Positions 23,501 through 38,340 of a stretch of 64,000 bases of DNA are shown here, piece after piece (the first letter of the stretch is position 1; every line of letters starts with the position of its first letter). The notes below the pieces were generated by a model. The model did no database searches. It was not told where the DNA came from and was given only the letters and a program-made list of their open reading frames with translations. The position numbers and the translations under genes are program-made. The stretch covers positions 17,819,081 through 17,883,080 of the forward strand of contig OZ037766.1 of assembly GCA_964035545.1 (NCBI GenBank), given 5' to 3'. This DNA is from Bugula neritina. Its lineage: Eukaryota; Animalia; Bryozoa.

Positions 23501-25571
23501 AGTATGTTGCAGCATTTTGCAATATATTTCAGTATGTTACAGCGTATTTCAGTATGTTGCAGTATATTTCAGTATGTTACAATAAATTTCAGTATGTTAC
23601 AGTACATTTCCGTAAATTACACCATACTTCAGTGAGTTGTAGTATATTTCAGTATCTTGCAGTATATCTCAGTATGTTACTGTATATTTCAGTATGTTAC
23701 AGTATATTTCAGTGTGTTACAGTAAATTTCAGTATGTTACAGTGCATTTGCAGATATTACACTATACTTCAGTGAGTTTTAGTGTCTTTCAGTATGTTCC
23801 AGTATATTTAAGTATGTTGCAGTATTTTGCAATATATTTTAGTATGTTACAGTGTATTTCAGTACGTTGCAGTATATTTCAGTATGATACAATAAATTTC
23901 AGTGTGTTACAGTACATTTCTGCAAATTACACTACACTTCAGTGAGTTGTAGTATATTTCAGTATCTTGCAGTATATCTCAGTATGTTTCAGTTTATTTC
24001 AGTATGTTCCAGTATATTTCAGCGTGTTTCAGTATATTTCAGCATGCCACAGTACATTTTTAGATTTTTCACTATACTTCAGTGAGTTTTAGTGTCTTTC
24101 AGTATGTTGCAGTATAATTCGGTATCTTGCAACTTATTTCAATGTGTTGCAATGTATTTCAATATGTTACAGTGTATTTAAGTATGTTGCAGTATGTTGC
24201 AGTGTATTTCAGTATGTTACAGTGTATTTCAGTAGGTTTCAGTATCTTGCAGTATATTTCAGTATGTTGCAGTATATTTCAGTGGGTTACAGTATATTCC
24301 AGTATGTTCCAGTATGTTGCAGTATATTTCAGTATGTTGCAGTGTATTTCAGTATGTTACAGTGTATTTCAGTATGTTGCAGTATGTTGCAGTGTATTTC
24401 TGTATGTTACAGCGTATTTCTGTATGTTACAGTGTATTTCAGTAGTTTGCAACATATTTAAGTAGGTTACCATATATTTCGGTAAGTTGCAGCATATTTC
24501 AATGTGTTGCAGTGTATTTCAATATGTTACAGTGTATTTCAGTATGTTGCAGTATGTTGCAGTGTATTTCTGTATGTTACAGGGTATTTCAGTATGTGAC
24601 AGTGTATTTCAGTATGTTGCAGTATATTTCAGTATGTTACAGTATGTTTCAGTATGTTGCAGTATATTTCAGTGGGTTATAGTATATTTCAGTATGATAC
24701 AGCGTATTTGAGTATGTTACAGTATATTTCAGTGTGTTACAGTATGTTGAGTATATTTCAGTAGTTTGCAACATATTTCAGTAGGTTACCAGATATTCCG
24801 GTATGTTGCAGCATATTTCAATGTGTTGCAGTGTATTTCAATATGTTACAGTGTATTTCAGTATGTTGCAGTATGTTGCAGTATGATGCAGTATGTTGCA
24901 GTGTATTTCTGATTGTTACAGTGTATTTCAGTATGTTGCAGTATATTTCAGTATGTTACAGTATGTTTCAGTATGTTGCAGTATATTTCAGCGGGTTATA
25001 GTATATTTCAGTATGATACAGCGTATTTCAGTATGTTACAGTGTATTTCAGTATGTTGCAGTATTTTGCAATATATTTCAGTATGTTACAGCGTATTTCA
25101 GTATGTTGCAGTATATTTCAGTATGTTACAAAAAATTTCAGTATGTTACAGTACATTTCCGTAAATTACACTATACTTCAGTGAGTTGTAGTATATTTCA
25201 GTATCTTGCAGTATATCTCAGTATGTTACTGTATATTTCAGTATGTTACAGTATGTTTCAGTGTGTTACAGTAAATTTCAGTATGTTACAGTGCATTTGC
25301 AGATATTACACTATACTTCAGTGAGTTTTAGTGTCTTTCAGTATGTTGCAGTATATTTCAGTATGTTGCAGTATTTTGCAATACATTTTAGTATGTTAGA
25401 GTGTATTTCAGTATGTTGCAGTATATTTTAGTATGATACAATAAATTCCAGTATGTTACAGGACATTTCCATAAATTACACTATACTTCAGTGAGTTGTA
25501 GTACATTTTGGTATCTTGCAGTATATCTCAGTATGTTACAGTATAGTTCAGTATGTTGCAGTATATTTCAG
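20561..25571 (+). repeat. Duplication with 2649-bp offset
   Basis: ORF pairs 20695/23344, 21478/24127 and 22244/24893; shared 1-bp deletion at ~22100/24749. Confidence 0.9.
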
Positions 25572-28479
25572 TATTTTGCAGCATATTTCAATGCGTTGCA
25601 ATGTATTTCAATTTGTTGCAGTGTAATTCAGTATGTTACAGTACATTTCCATATATTACACTATACTTCAGTGAGTTGTAGTATATTTTAGTATGTTGCA
25701 GCATATTTCAGTATGTTGCAGTGTTTTTCAATGTGTTTCAGTATATTTCAGTTTAGTACCGTATATTTAGGTATGTTACAGTTCATTCCGATGTGTTGCA
25801 ATGTATTTCAATATGTTACAGTGTATTTCAGTATGTTGCAGTATATTTCAGCGTGTTTCAGTATATTTCAGTATGTCACAGTGCATTTTCAGATATTACA
25901 CTATACTTCAGTGAGTTTTAGTGTTTTTCAGTATGTTGCAGTATGTTGCAGTGTATTTCAGTATGTTAAAGTGTATTTCAGCAGGTTTCAGTGTCTTGCA
26001 GTATATTTCAGCATGTTGCAGTATATTTCAGGATGTTGCAGTATTTTGCAGTATTTTGCAGTATATTTCGGTATCTTGCAACATATTTCAATGTGTTGCA
26101 ATGTATTTCAATATGTTACAGTGTATTTCAGTATGTTGCAGTATGTTGCAGTGTATTTCAGTATGTTACAGTGTATTTCAGTAGGTTTCAGTATCTTGCA
26201 GTATATTTCAGCATGTTGCAGTATATTTCATGATGCTGCAGTATGTTTCAGTATGTTACAGTATTTTGCAGTATTTTGCAGTATATTTCAGTGTGTTACA
26301 GTATATTTCATTATGTTGCAGTATGTTGCAGTATATTTCAGTAGTTTGCAACATATTTCAGTAGGTTACCACATATTTCGGTAAGTTGCAGCATATTTCA
26401 ATGTGTTGCAGTGTATTTCAATATGTTACAGTGTATTTCAGTATGTTGCAGTATGTTGCAGTATGCTGCAGTATGTTGCAGTGTATTTCTGTATGTTACA
26501 GTGTACTTCAGTATGTTGCAGCATATTTCAGTATGTTACAGTATATTTCAGTATCTTGCAACATATTCAATGTGTTGCAATGTATTTCGATATGTTTCAG
26601 TATATTTCAGTATATTACCGTATAGTTAGGTATGTTGCAGTTTATTCCAATGTGTTGCAGTGTATTTCAGTATGTTACAGTGTATTTCAGTATGTTGCAG
26701 TATGTTGCAATATGTTTCAGTATGTCGCAGTGTATTTCAGTATTTTGCAGTATCTTTCAGTGTGTTACAGTATATTTCATTATGTTGCAGTATATTTCGG
26801 GAGTTTGATACATATTTCAGTAGGTTACCATAATATATTTCCGTATGTTGCAGTATATTCCAATGTTTTGCAGTGTATTTCAATATCCTACAGTGTATTT
26901 AGGTGTGTTTCAATATTTTTAGGTATATATCAGTATGTTGAAGTATATTTCAGTATTTTGCAGCATATTTCAATGCGTTGCAATGTATTTCAATTTGTTG
27001 CAGTGTAATTCAGTATGTTACAGTACATTTCCATATATTACACTATACTTCAGTGAGTTGTAGTATATTCTAGTATGTTGCAGCATATTTCAGTATGTTG
27101 CAGTGTTTTTCAATGTGTTTCAGTATATTTCAGTTTAGTACCGTATATTTAGGTATGTTACAGTTCATTCCGATGTGTTGCAATGTATTTCAATATGTTA
27201 CAGTGTATTTCAGTATGTTGCAGTATATTTCAGCGTGTTTCAGTATATTTCAGTATGTCACAGTGCATTTCCAGATATTACACTATACTTCAGTGAGTTT
27301 TAGTGTTTTTCAGTATGTTGCAGTATGTTGCAGTGTATTTCAGTATGTTAAAGTGTATTTCAGCAGGTTTCAGTGTCTTGCAGTATATTTCAGCATGTTG
27401 CAGTATATTTCAGGATGTTGCAGTATTTTGCAGTATTTTGCAGTATATTTCGGTATCTTGCAACATATTTCAATGTGTTGCAATGTATTTCAATATGTTA
27501 CAGTGTATTTCAGTATGTTGCAGTATCTTGCAGTATATTTCAGCATGTTGCAGTATATTTCATGATGCTGCAGTATGTTTCAGTATGTTACAGTATTTTG
27601 CAGTATTTTGCAGTATATTTCAGTGTGTTACAGTATATTTCATTATGTTGCAGTATGTTGCAGTATATTTCAGTAGTTTGCAACATATTTCAGTAGGTTA
27701 CCACATATTTCGGTAAGTTGCAGCATATTTCAATGTGTTGCAGTGTATTTCAATATGTTACAGTGTATTTCAGTATGTTGCAGTATGTTGCAGTATGCTG
27801 CAGTATGTTGCAGTGTATTTCTGTATGTTACAGTGTACTTCAGTATGTTGCAGCATATTTCAGTATGTTACAGTATATTTCAGTATGTTACAGTATATTT
27901 CAGTGGGTTATAGTATATTTCAGTATGATACAGCGTATTTCAGTATGTTACAGTGTATTTCAGTATGTTGCAGTATTTTGCAATATATTTCAGTATGTTA
28001 CAGTGTATTTCAGTATGTTGCAGTATATTTCAGTGCGTTACAGTATATTTCAGTATGATACAATAAATTTCAGTATATTGGAGTATATTTCAGTGGGTTA
28101 CAGCATATTTCAGTATGAGACAGCGCACTTTGGTGCGTTACAGTATATTTTAGTATGTTGCAGTGTAATTCAGTATGTTGTCGTATGTTTCAGTATTTTA
28201 CAGTACATTTCTAGATATTACACTATATTTCAATGAGTTGCAGTGTAGTTCAGTGTGCTACAGCATATTTCAGTATGTTGCAGTGTTTTTGAATGTGTTA
28301 CAGTATATTTTAGTATATTACTATATATTTAGGTATGATGCAGTTTAGTTCAGTATGTTACAATAAACTTCAGTATTTTACAGTACATTCCCATGTATTA
28401 CACTATACTTCAGTGAGTTGTAGTATATTTCAGTATCCTGCAGTATGTTTCAGTATGTTACAGTATATTTCAGTATGTT

Positions 28480-31400
28480 GCAGTATATTTCAGTGTGTTA
28501 CAGTATATTTCAGTATGTTACAGTGCATTTCCAGACATTACACTATACTTCGGTGAGTTTTAGTGTCCTTCAGTATGTTGGAGTATATTTCAGTATCTTG
28601 CAACATATTCAATGTGTTGCAATGTATTTCGATATGTTTCAGTATATTTCAGTATATTACCGTATAGTTAGGTATGTTGCAGTTTATTCCAATGTGTTGC
28701 AGTGTATTTCAGTATGTTACAGTGTATTTCAGTATGTTGCAGTATGTTGCAATATGTTTCAGTATGTCGCAGTGTATTTCAGTATTTTGCAGTATCTTTC
28801 AGTGTGTTACAGTATATTTCATTATGTTGCAGTATATTTCAGGAGTTTGATACATATTTCAGTAGGTTACCATAATATATTTCCGTATGTTGCAGTATAT
28901 TCCAATGTTTTGCAGTGTATTTCAATATCCTACAGTGTATTTAGGTGTGTTTCAATATTTTTAGGTATATTTCAGTATGTTGAAGTATATTTCAGTATTT
29001 TGCAGCATATTTCAATGCGTTGCAATGTATTTCAATTTGTTGCAGTGTAATTCAGTATGTTACAGTACATTTCCATATATTACACTATACTTCAGTGAGT
29101 TGTAGTATATTTTAGTATGTTGCAGCATATTTCAGTATGTTGCAGTGTTTTTCAATGTGTTTCAGTATATTTCAGTTTAGTACCGTATATTTAGGTATGT
29201 TACAGTTCATTCCGATGTGTTGCAATGTATTTCAATATGTTACAGTGTATTTCAGTATGTTGCAGTATATTTCAGCGTGTTTCAGTATATTTCAGTATGT
29301 CACAGTGCATTTCCAGATATTACACTACACTTCAGTGAGTTTTAGTGTTTTTCAGTATGTTGCAGTATGTTGCAGTGTATTTCAGTATGTTAAAGTGTAT
29401 TTCAGCAAGTTTCAGTGTCTTGCAGTATATTTCAGCATGTTGCAGTATATTTCAGGATGTTGCAGTATGTTTCAGTATGTTACAGTATTTTACAGTCTTT
29501 TGCAGTATATTTCGGTATCTTGCAACATATTTCAATGTGTTGCAATGTATTTCAATATGTTACAGTGTATTTCAGTATGTTTCAGTATCTTGCAGTATAT
29601 TTCAGTGTGTTACAGTATATTTCATTATGTTGCAGTATGTTGCAGTATATTTCGGTATCTTGCAACATATTTCAATGTTTTGCAATGTATTTCAATATGT
29701 TACAGTGTATTTCAGTATGTTGCAGTATGTTGCAGTGTATTTCAGTATGTTACAGTGTATTTCAGTAGGTTTCAGTATCTTGCAGTATATTTCAGCATGT
29801 TGCAGTATATTTCAGAATGTTGCTGTATGTTTCAGTATGTTACAGTATTTTGCAGTAATTTGCAGTATATTTCAGTGTGTTACACTATATTTCATTATGT
29901 TGCAGTATGTTGCAGTATATTTCAGTAGTTTGCAACATATTTCAGTAGGTTACCATATATTTTGGTATGTTGCAGCATATTTCAAGGTGTTGCAGTGTAT
30001 TTCAATATGTTACAGTGTATTTCAGTATGTTGCAGTATGTTGCAGTATGTTGCAGTGTATTTCTGTATGTTGCAGTGTATTTCAGTAGTTTGCAACATAT
30101 TTCAGTAGGTTACCATATATTTCGGTATGTTGCAGCATACTTCAATGTGTTGCAGTGTATTTCAATATGTTACAGTGTATTTCAGTATGTTGCAGTATGT
30201 TGAAGTGTATTTCTGTATGTTACAGTGTATTTCAGTATGTTGCAGTATATTTCAGTATGTTACAGTATGTTTCAGTATGTTGCAGTTTATTTCCGTTGGT
30301 TATAGTATATTTCAGTATGATACAGCGTATTTCAGTATGTTGCAGTATAATTCAGTAGTTTGCAACATATTTCAGTAGGTTACCATAAATTTAGGTATGT
30401 TGCAGCATATTTCAATGTGTTCCATTGTATTTCAATATGTTACAGTGTATTTCAGTATGTTGCAGTATGTTGCAGTATGATGCAGTATGTTGCAGTGTAT
30501 TTCTGTATGTTACAGTGTACTTTAGTATGTTGCAGTATACTTCAGTATGTTACAGTATGTTTCAGTATGTTGCAGTATATTTCAGTGGGTTATAGCATAT
30601 TTCAGTATGATACAGCGTATTTCAGTATGTTACAGTGTATTTCAGTATGTTGCAGTATATTTCAGTGTGTTACAGTATATTTCAGTATGTTACAGTGCAT
30701 TTCCAGACATTACACTATACTTCGGTGAGTTTTAGTGTCCTTCAGTATGTTGCAGTATATTTCAGTATCTTGCAACATATGCAATGTGTTGCAATGTATT
30801 TCGATATGTTTCAGTATATTTCAGTATATTACCGTATAGTTAGGTATGTTGCAGTTTATTCCAATGTGTTGCAGTGTATTTCAGTATGTTACAGTGTATT
30901 TCAGTATGTTGCAGTATGTTGCAATATGTTTCAGTATGTCGCAGTGTATTTCAGTATTTTGCAGTATCTTTCAGTGTGTTACAGTATATTTCATTATGTT
31001 GCAGTATATTTCGGGAGTTTGATACATATTTCAGTAGGTTACCATAATATATTTCCGTATGTTGCAGTATATTCCAATGTTTTGCAGTGTATTTCAATAT
31101 CCTACAGTGTATTTAGGTGTGTTTCAATATTTTTAGGTATATTTCAGTATGTTGAAGTATATTTCAGTATTTTGCAGCATATTTCAATGCGTTGCAATGT
31201 ATTTCAATTTGTTGCAGTGTAATTCAGTATGTTACAGTACATTTCCATATATTACACTATACTTCAGTGAGTTGTAGTATATTTTAGTATGTTGCAGCAT
31301 ATTTCAGTATGTTGCAGTGTTTTTCAATGTGTTTCAGTATATTTCAGTTTAGTACCGTATATTTAGGTATGTTACAGTTCATTCCGATGTGTTGCAATGT

Positions 31401-34400
31401 ATTTCAATATGTTACAGTGTATTTCAGTATGTTGCAGTATATTTCAGCGTGTTTCAGTATATTTCAGTATGTCACAGTGCATTTCCAGATATTACACTAT
31501 ACTTCAGTGAGTTTTAGTGTTTTTCAGTATGTTGCAGTATGTTGCAGTGTATTTCAGTATGTTAAAGTGTATTTCAGCAGGTTTCAGTGTCTTGCAGTAT
31601 ATTTCAGCATGTTGCAGTATATTTCAGGATGTTGCAGTATGTTTCAGTATGTTGCAGCATGTTTCAGTATGTTACAGTATTTTGCAGTAATTTGCAGTAT
31701 ATTTCAGTGTGTTACACTATATTTCATTATGTTGCAGTATGTTGCAGTAAATTTCAGTATTTTGCAGCATATTTCAATGCGTTGCAATGTATTTCAATTT
31801 GTTGCAGTGTAATTCAGTATGTTACAGTACATTTCCATATATTACACTATACTTCAGTGAGTTGTAGTATATTTTAGTATGTTGCAGCATATTTCAGTAT
31901 GTTGCAGTGTTTTTCAATGTGTTTCAGTATATTTCAGTTTAGTACCGTATATTTAGGTATGTTACAGTTCATTCCGATGTGTTGCAATGTATTTCAATAT
32001 GTTACAGTGTATTTCAGTATGTTGCAGTATATTTCAGCGTGTTTCAGTATATTTCAGTATGTCACAGTGCATTTCCAGATATTACACTACACTTCAGTGA
32101 GTTTTAGTGTTTTTCAGTATGTTGCAGTATGTTGCAGTGTATTTCAGTATGTTAAAGTGTATTTCAGCAAGTTTCAGTGTCTTGCAGTATATTTCAGCAT
32201 GTTGCAGTATATTTCAGGATGTTGCAGTATGTTTCAGTATGTTACAGTATTTTACAGTCTTTTGCAGTATATTTCGGTATCTTGCAACATATTTCAATGT
32301 GTTGCAATGTATTTCAATATGTTACAGTGTATTTCAGTATGTTTCAGTATCTTGCAGTATATTTCAGTGTGTTACAGTATATTTCATTATGTTGCAGTAT
32401 GTTGCAGTATATTTCGGTATCTTGCAACATATTTCAATGTGTTGCAATGTATTTCAATATGTTACAGTGTATTTCAGTATGTTGCAGTATGTTGCAGTGT
32501 ATTTCAGTATGTTACAGTGTATTTCAGTAGGTTTCAGTATCTTGCAGTATATTTCAGCATGTTGCAGTATATTTCAGAATGTTGCTGTATGTTTCAGTAT
32601 GTTACAGTATTTTGCAGTAATTTGCAGTATATTTCAGTGTGTTACACTATATTTCATTATGTTGCAGTATGTTGCAGTATATTTCAGTAGTTTGCAACAT
32701 ATTTCAGTAGGTTACCATATATTTTGGTATGTTGCAGCATATTTCAAGGTGTTGCAGTGTATTTCAATATGTTACAGTGTATTTCAGTATGTTGCAGTAT
32801 GTTGCAGTATGTTGCAGTGTATTTCTGTATGTTGCAGTGTATTTCAGTAGTTTGCAACATATTTCAGTAGGTTACCATATATTTCGGTATGTTGCAGCAT
32901 ACTTCAATGTGTTGCAGTGTATTTCAATATGTTACAGTGTATTTCAGTATGTTGCAGTATGTTGAAGTGTATTTCTGTATGTTACAGTGTATTTCAGTAT
33001 GTTGCAGTATATTTCAGTATGTTACAGTATGTTTCAGTATGTTGCAGTTTATTTCCGTTGGTTATAGTATATTTCAGTATGATACAGCGTATTTCAGTAT
33101 GTTGCAGTATAATTCAGTAGTTTGCAACATATTTCAGTAGGTTACCATAAATTTAGGTATGTTGCAGCATATTTCAATGTGTTCCAGTGTATTTCAATAT
33201 GTTACAGTGTATTTCAGTATGTTGCAGTATGTTGCAGTATGATGCAGTATGTTGCAGTGTATTTCTGTATGTTACAGTGTACTTTAGTATGTTGCAGTAT
33301 ATTTCAGTATGTTACAGTATGTTTCAGTATGTTGCAGTATATTTCAGTGGGTTATAGCATATTTCAGTATGATACAGCGTATTTCAGTATGTTACAGTGT
33401 ATTTCAGTATGTTGCAGTATATTTCAGTGTGTTACAGTATATTTCAGTATGTTACAGTGCATTTCCAGACATTACACTATACTTCGGTGAGTTTTAGTGT
33501 CCTTCAGTATGTTGCAGTATATTTCAGTATCTTGCAACATATTCAATGTGTTGCAATGTATTTCGATATGTTTCAGTATATTTCAGTATATTACCGTATA
33601 GTTAGGTATGTTGCAGTTTATTCCAATGTGTTGCAGTGTATTTCAGTATGTTACAGTGTATTTCAGTATGTTGCAGTATGTTGCAATATGTTTCAGTATG
33701 TCGCAGTGTATTTCAGTATTTTGCAGTATCTTTCAGTGTGTTACAGTATATTTCATTATGTTGCAGTATATTTCGGGAGTTTGATACATATTTCAGTAGG
33801 TTACCATAATATATTTCCGTATGTTGCAGTATATTCCAATGTTTTGCAGTGTATTTCAATATCCTACAGTGTATTTAGGTGTGTTTCAATATTTTTAGGT
33901 ATATTTCAGTATGTTGAAGTATATTTCAGTATTTTGCAGCATATTTCAATGCGTTGCAATGTATTTCAATTTGTTGCAGTGTAATTCAGTATGTTACAGT
34001 ACATTTCCATATATTACACTATACTTCAGTGAGTTGTAGTATATTTTAGTATGTTGCAGCATATTTCAGTATGTTGCAGTGTTTTTCAATGTGTTTCAGT
34101 ATATTTCAGTTTAGTACCGTATATTTAGGTATGTTACAGTTCATTCCGATGTGTTGCAATGTATTTCAATATGTTACAGTGTATTTCAGTATGTTGCAGT
34201 ATATTTCAGCGTGTTTCAGTATATTTCAGTATGTCACAGTGCATTTCCAGATATTACACTACACTTCAGTGAGTTTTAGTGTTTTTCAGTATGTTGCAGT
34301 ATGTTGCAGTGTATTTCAGTATGTTAAAGTGTATTTCAGCAAGTTTCAGTGTCTTGCAGTATATTTCAGCATGTTGCAGTATATTTCAGGATGTTGCAGT

Positions 34401-37400
34401 ATGTTTCAGTATGTTACAGTATTTTACAGTCTTTTGCAGTATATTTCGGTATCTTGCAACATATTTCAATGTGTTGCAATGTATTTCAATATGTTACAGT
34501 GTATTTCAGTATGTTTCAGTATCTTGCAGTATATTTCAGTGTGTTACAGTATATTTCATTATGTTGCAGTATGTTGCAGTATATTTCGGTATCTTGCAAC
34601 ATATTTCAATGTGTTGCAATGTATTTCAATATGTTACAGTGTATTTTAGTATGTTGCAGTATGTTGCAGTGTATTTCAGTATGTTACAGTGTATTTCAGT
34701 AGGTTTCAGTATCTTGCAGTATATTTCAGCATGTTGCAGTATATTTCAGAATGTTGCTGTATGTTTCAGTATGTTACAGTATTTTGCAGTAATTTGCAGT
34801 ATATTTCAGTGTGTTACACTATATTTCATTATGTTGCAGTATGTTGCAGTATATTTCAGTAGTTTGCAACATATTTCAGTAGGTTACCATATATTTTGGT
34901 ATGTTGCAGCATATTTCAAGGTGTTGCAGTGTATTTCAATATGTTACAGTGTATTTCAGTATGTTGCAGTATGTTGCAGTATGTTGCAGTGTATTTCTGT
35001 ATGTTGCAGTGTATTTCAGTAGTTTGCAACATATTTCAGTAGGTTACCATATATTTCGGTATGTTGCAGCATACTTCAATGTGTTGCAGTGTATTTCAAT
35101 ATGTTACAGTGTATTTCAGTATGTTGCAGTATGTTGAAGTGTATTTCTGTATGTTACAGTGTATTTCAGTATGTTGCAGTATATTTCAGTATGTTACAGT
35201 ATGTTTCAGTATGTTGCAGTTTATTTCCGTTGGTTATAGTATATTTCAGTATGATACAGCGTATTTCAGTATGTTGCAGTATAATTCAGTAGTTTGCAAC
35301 ATATTTCAGTAGGTTACCATAAATTTAGGTATGTTGCAGCATATTTCAATGTGTTCCAGTGTATTTCAATATGTTACAGTGTATTTCAGTATGTTGCAGT
35401 ATGTTGCAGTATGATGCAGTATGTTGCAGTGTATTTCTGTATGTTACAGTGTACTTTAGTATGTTGCAGTATATTTCAGTATGTTACAGTATGTTTCAGT
35501 ATGTTGCAGTATATTTCAGTGGGTTATAGCATATTTCAGTATGATACAGCGTATTTCAGTATGTTACAGTGTATTTCAGTATGTTGCAGTATATTTCAGT
35601 GTGTTACAGTATATTTCAGTATGTTACAGTGCATTTCCAGACATTACACTATACTTCGGTGAGTTTTAGTGTCCTTCAGTATGTTGCAGTATATTTCAGT
35701 ATCTTGCAACATATTCAATGTGTTGCAATGTATTTCGATATGTTTCAGTATATTTCAGTATATTACCGTATAGTTAGGTATGTTGCAGTTTATTCCAATG
35801 TGTTGCAGTGTATTTCAGTATGTTACAGTGTATTTCAGTATGTTGCAGTATGTTGCAATATGTTTCAGTATGTCGCAGTGTATTTCAGTATTTTGCAGTA
35901 TCTTTCAGTGTGTTACAGTATATTTCATTATGTTGCAGTATATTTCGGGAGTTTGATACATATTTCAGTAGGTTACCATAATATATTTCCGTATGTTGCA
36001 GTATATTCCAATGTTTTGCAGTGTATTTCAATATCCTACAGTGTATTTAGGTGTGTTTCAATATTTTTAGGTATATTTCAGTATGTTGAAGTATATTTCA
36101 GTATTTTGCAGCATATTTCAATGCGTTGCAATGTATTTCAATTTGTTGCAGTGTAATTCAGTATGTTACAGTACATTTCCATATATTACACTATACTTCA
36201 GTGAGTTGTAGTATATTTTAGTATGTTGCAGCATATTTCAGTATGTTGCAGTGTTTTTCAATGTGTTTCAGTATATTTCAGTTTAGTACCGTATATTTAG
36301 GTATGTTACAGTTCATTCCGATGTGTTGCAATGTATTTCAATATGTTACAGTGTATTTCAGTATGTTGCAGTATATTTCAGCGTGTTTCAGTATATTTCA
36401 GTATGTCACAGTGCATTTCCAGATATTACACTATACTTCAGTGAGTTTTAGTGTTTTTCAGTATGTTGCAGTATGTTGCAGTGTATTTCAGTATGTTAAA
36501 GTGTATTTCAGCAGGTTTCAGTGTCTTGCAGTATATTTCAGCATGTTGCAGTATATTTCAGGATGTTGCAGTATGTTTCAGTATGTTGCAGCATGTTTCA
36601 GTATGTTACAGTATTTTGCAGTAATTTGCAGTATATTTCAGTGTGTTACACTATATTTCATTATGTTGCAGTATGTTGCAGTATATTTCAGTATTTTGCA
36701 GCATATTTCAATGCGTTGCAATGTATTTCAATTTGTTGCAGTGTAATTCAGTATGTTACAGTACATTTCCATATATTACACTATACTTCAGTGAGTTGTA
36801 GTACATTTTAGTATGTTGCAGCATATTTCAGTACGTTGCAGTGTTTTTCAATGTGTTTCAGTATATTTCAGTTTAGTACCGTATATTTAGGTATGTTACA
36901 GTTCATTCCGATGTGTTGCAATGTATTTCAATATGTTACAGTATATTTCAGTATGTTGCAGTATATTTCAGCGTGTTTCAGTATATTTCAGTATGTCACA
37001 GTGCATTTCCAGATATTACACTACACTTCAGTGAGTTTTAGTGTTTTTCAGTATGTTGCAGTATGTTGCAGTGTATTTCAGTATGTTAAAGTGTATTTCA
37101 GCAGGTTTCAGTGTCTTGCAGTATATTTCAGCATGTTGCAGTATATTTCAGGATGTTGCAGTATGTTTCAGTATGTTACAGTATTTTACAGTATTTTGCA
37201 GTATATTTCGGTATCTTGCAACATATTTTAATGTGTTGCAATGTATTTCAATATGTTACAGTGTATTTCAGTATGTTTCAGTATCTTGCAGTATATTTCA
37301 GTGTGTTACAGTATATTTCATTATGTTGCAGTATGTTGCAGTATATTTCGGTATCTTGCAACATATTTCAATGTGTTGCAATGTATTTCAATATGTTACA

Positions 37401-38340
37401 GTGTATTTCAGTATGTTGCAGTATGTTGCAGTGTATTTCAGTATGTTACAGTGTATTTAAGTAGGTTTCAGTAACTTGCAGTATATTTCAGCATGTTGCA
37501 GTATATTTCAGAATGTTGCTGTATATTTCAGTATGTTACAGTATTTTGCAGTAATTTGCAGTATATTTCAGTGTGTTACACTATATTTCATTATGTTGCA
37601 GTATGTTGCAGTATATTTCAGTAGTTTGCAACATATTTCAGTAGGTTACCATATATTTTGGTATGTTGCAGCATATTTCAAGGTGTTGCAGTGTATTTCA
37701 ATATGTTACAGTGTATTTCAGTATGTTGCAGTATGTTGCAGTATGTTGCAGTGTATTTCTGTATGTTACAGTGTATTTCAGTAGTTTGCAACATATTTCA
37801 GTAGGTTACCATATATTTCGGTATGTTGCAGCATACTTCAATGTGTTGCAGTGTATTTCAATATGTTACAGTGTATTTCAGTATGTTGCAGTATGTTGAA
37901 GTGTATTTCTGTATGTTACAGTGTATTTCAGTATGTTGCAGTATATTTCAGTATGTTACAGTATGTTTCAGTATGTTGCAGTTTATTTCCGTGGGTTATA
38001 GTATATTTCAGTATGATACAGCGTATTTCAGTATGTTGCAGTATAATTCAGTAGTTTGCAACATATTTCAGTAGGTTACCATAAATTTCGGTATGTTGCA
38101 GCATATTTCAATGTGTTCCAGTGTATTTCAATATGTTACAGTGTATTTCAGTATGTTGCAGTATGTTGCAGTATGATGCAGTATGTTGCAGTGTATTTCT
38201 CTATGTTACAGTGTACTTTAGTATGTTGCAGTATATTTCAGTATGTTACAGTATGTTTCAGTATGTTGCAGTATATTTCAGTGGGTTATAGCATATTTCA
38301 GTATGATACAGCGTATTTCAGTATGTTACAGTGTATTTCA
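28480..38340 (+). repeat. Higher-order run of a 2172-bp unit with an optional 590-bp module
   Basis: Matching ORF starts at 29137, 31309, 31899, 34071, 36243 and ~36833 give spacings 2172, 590, 2172, 2172, 590. Confidence 0.88.
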
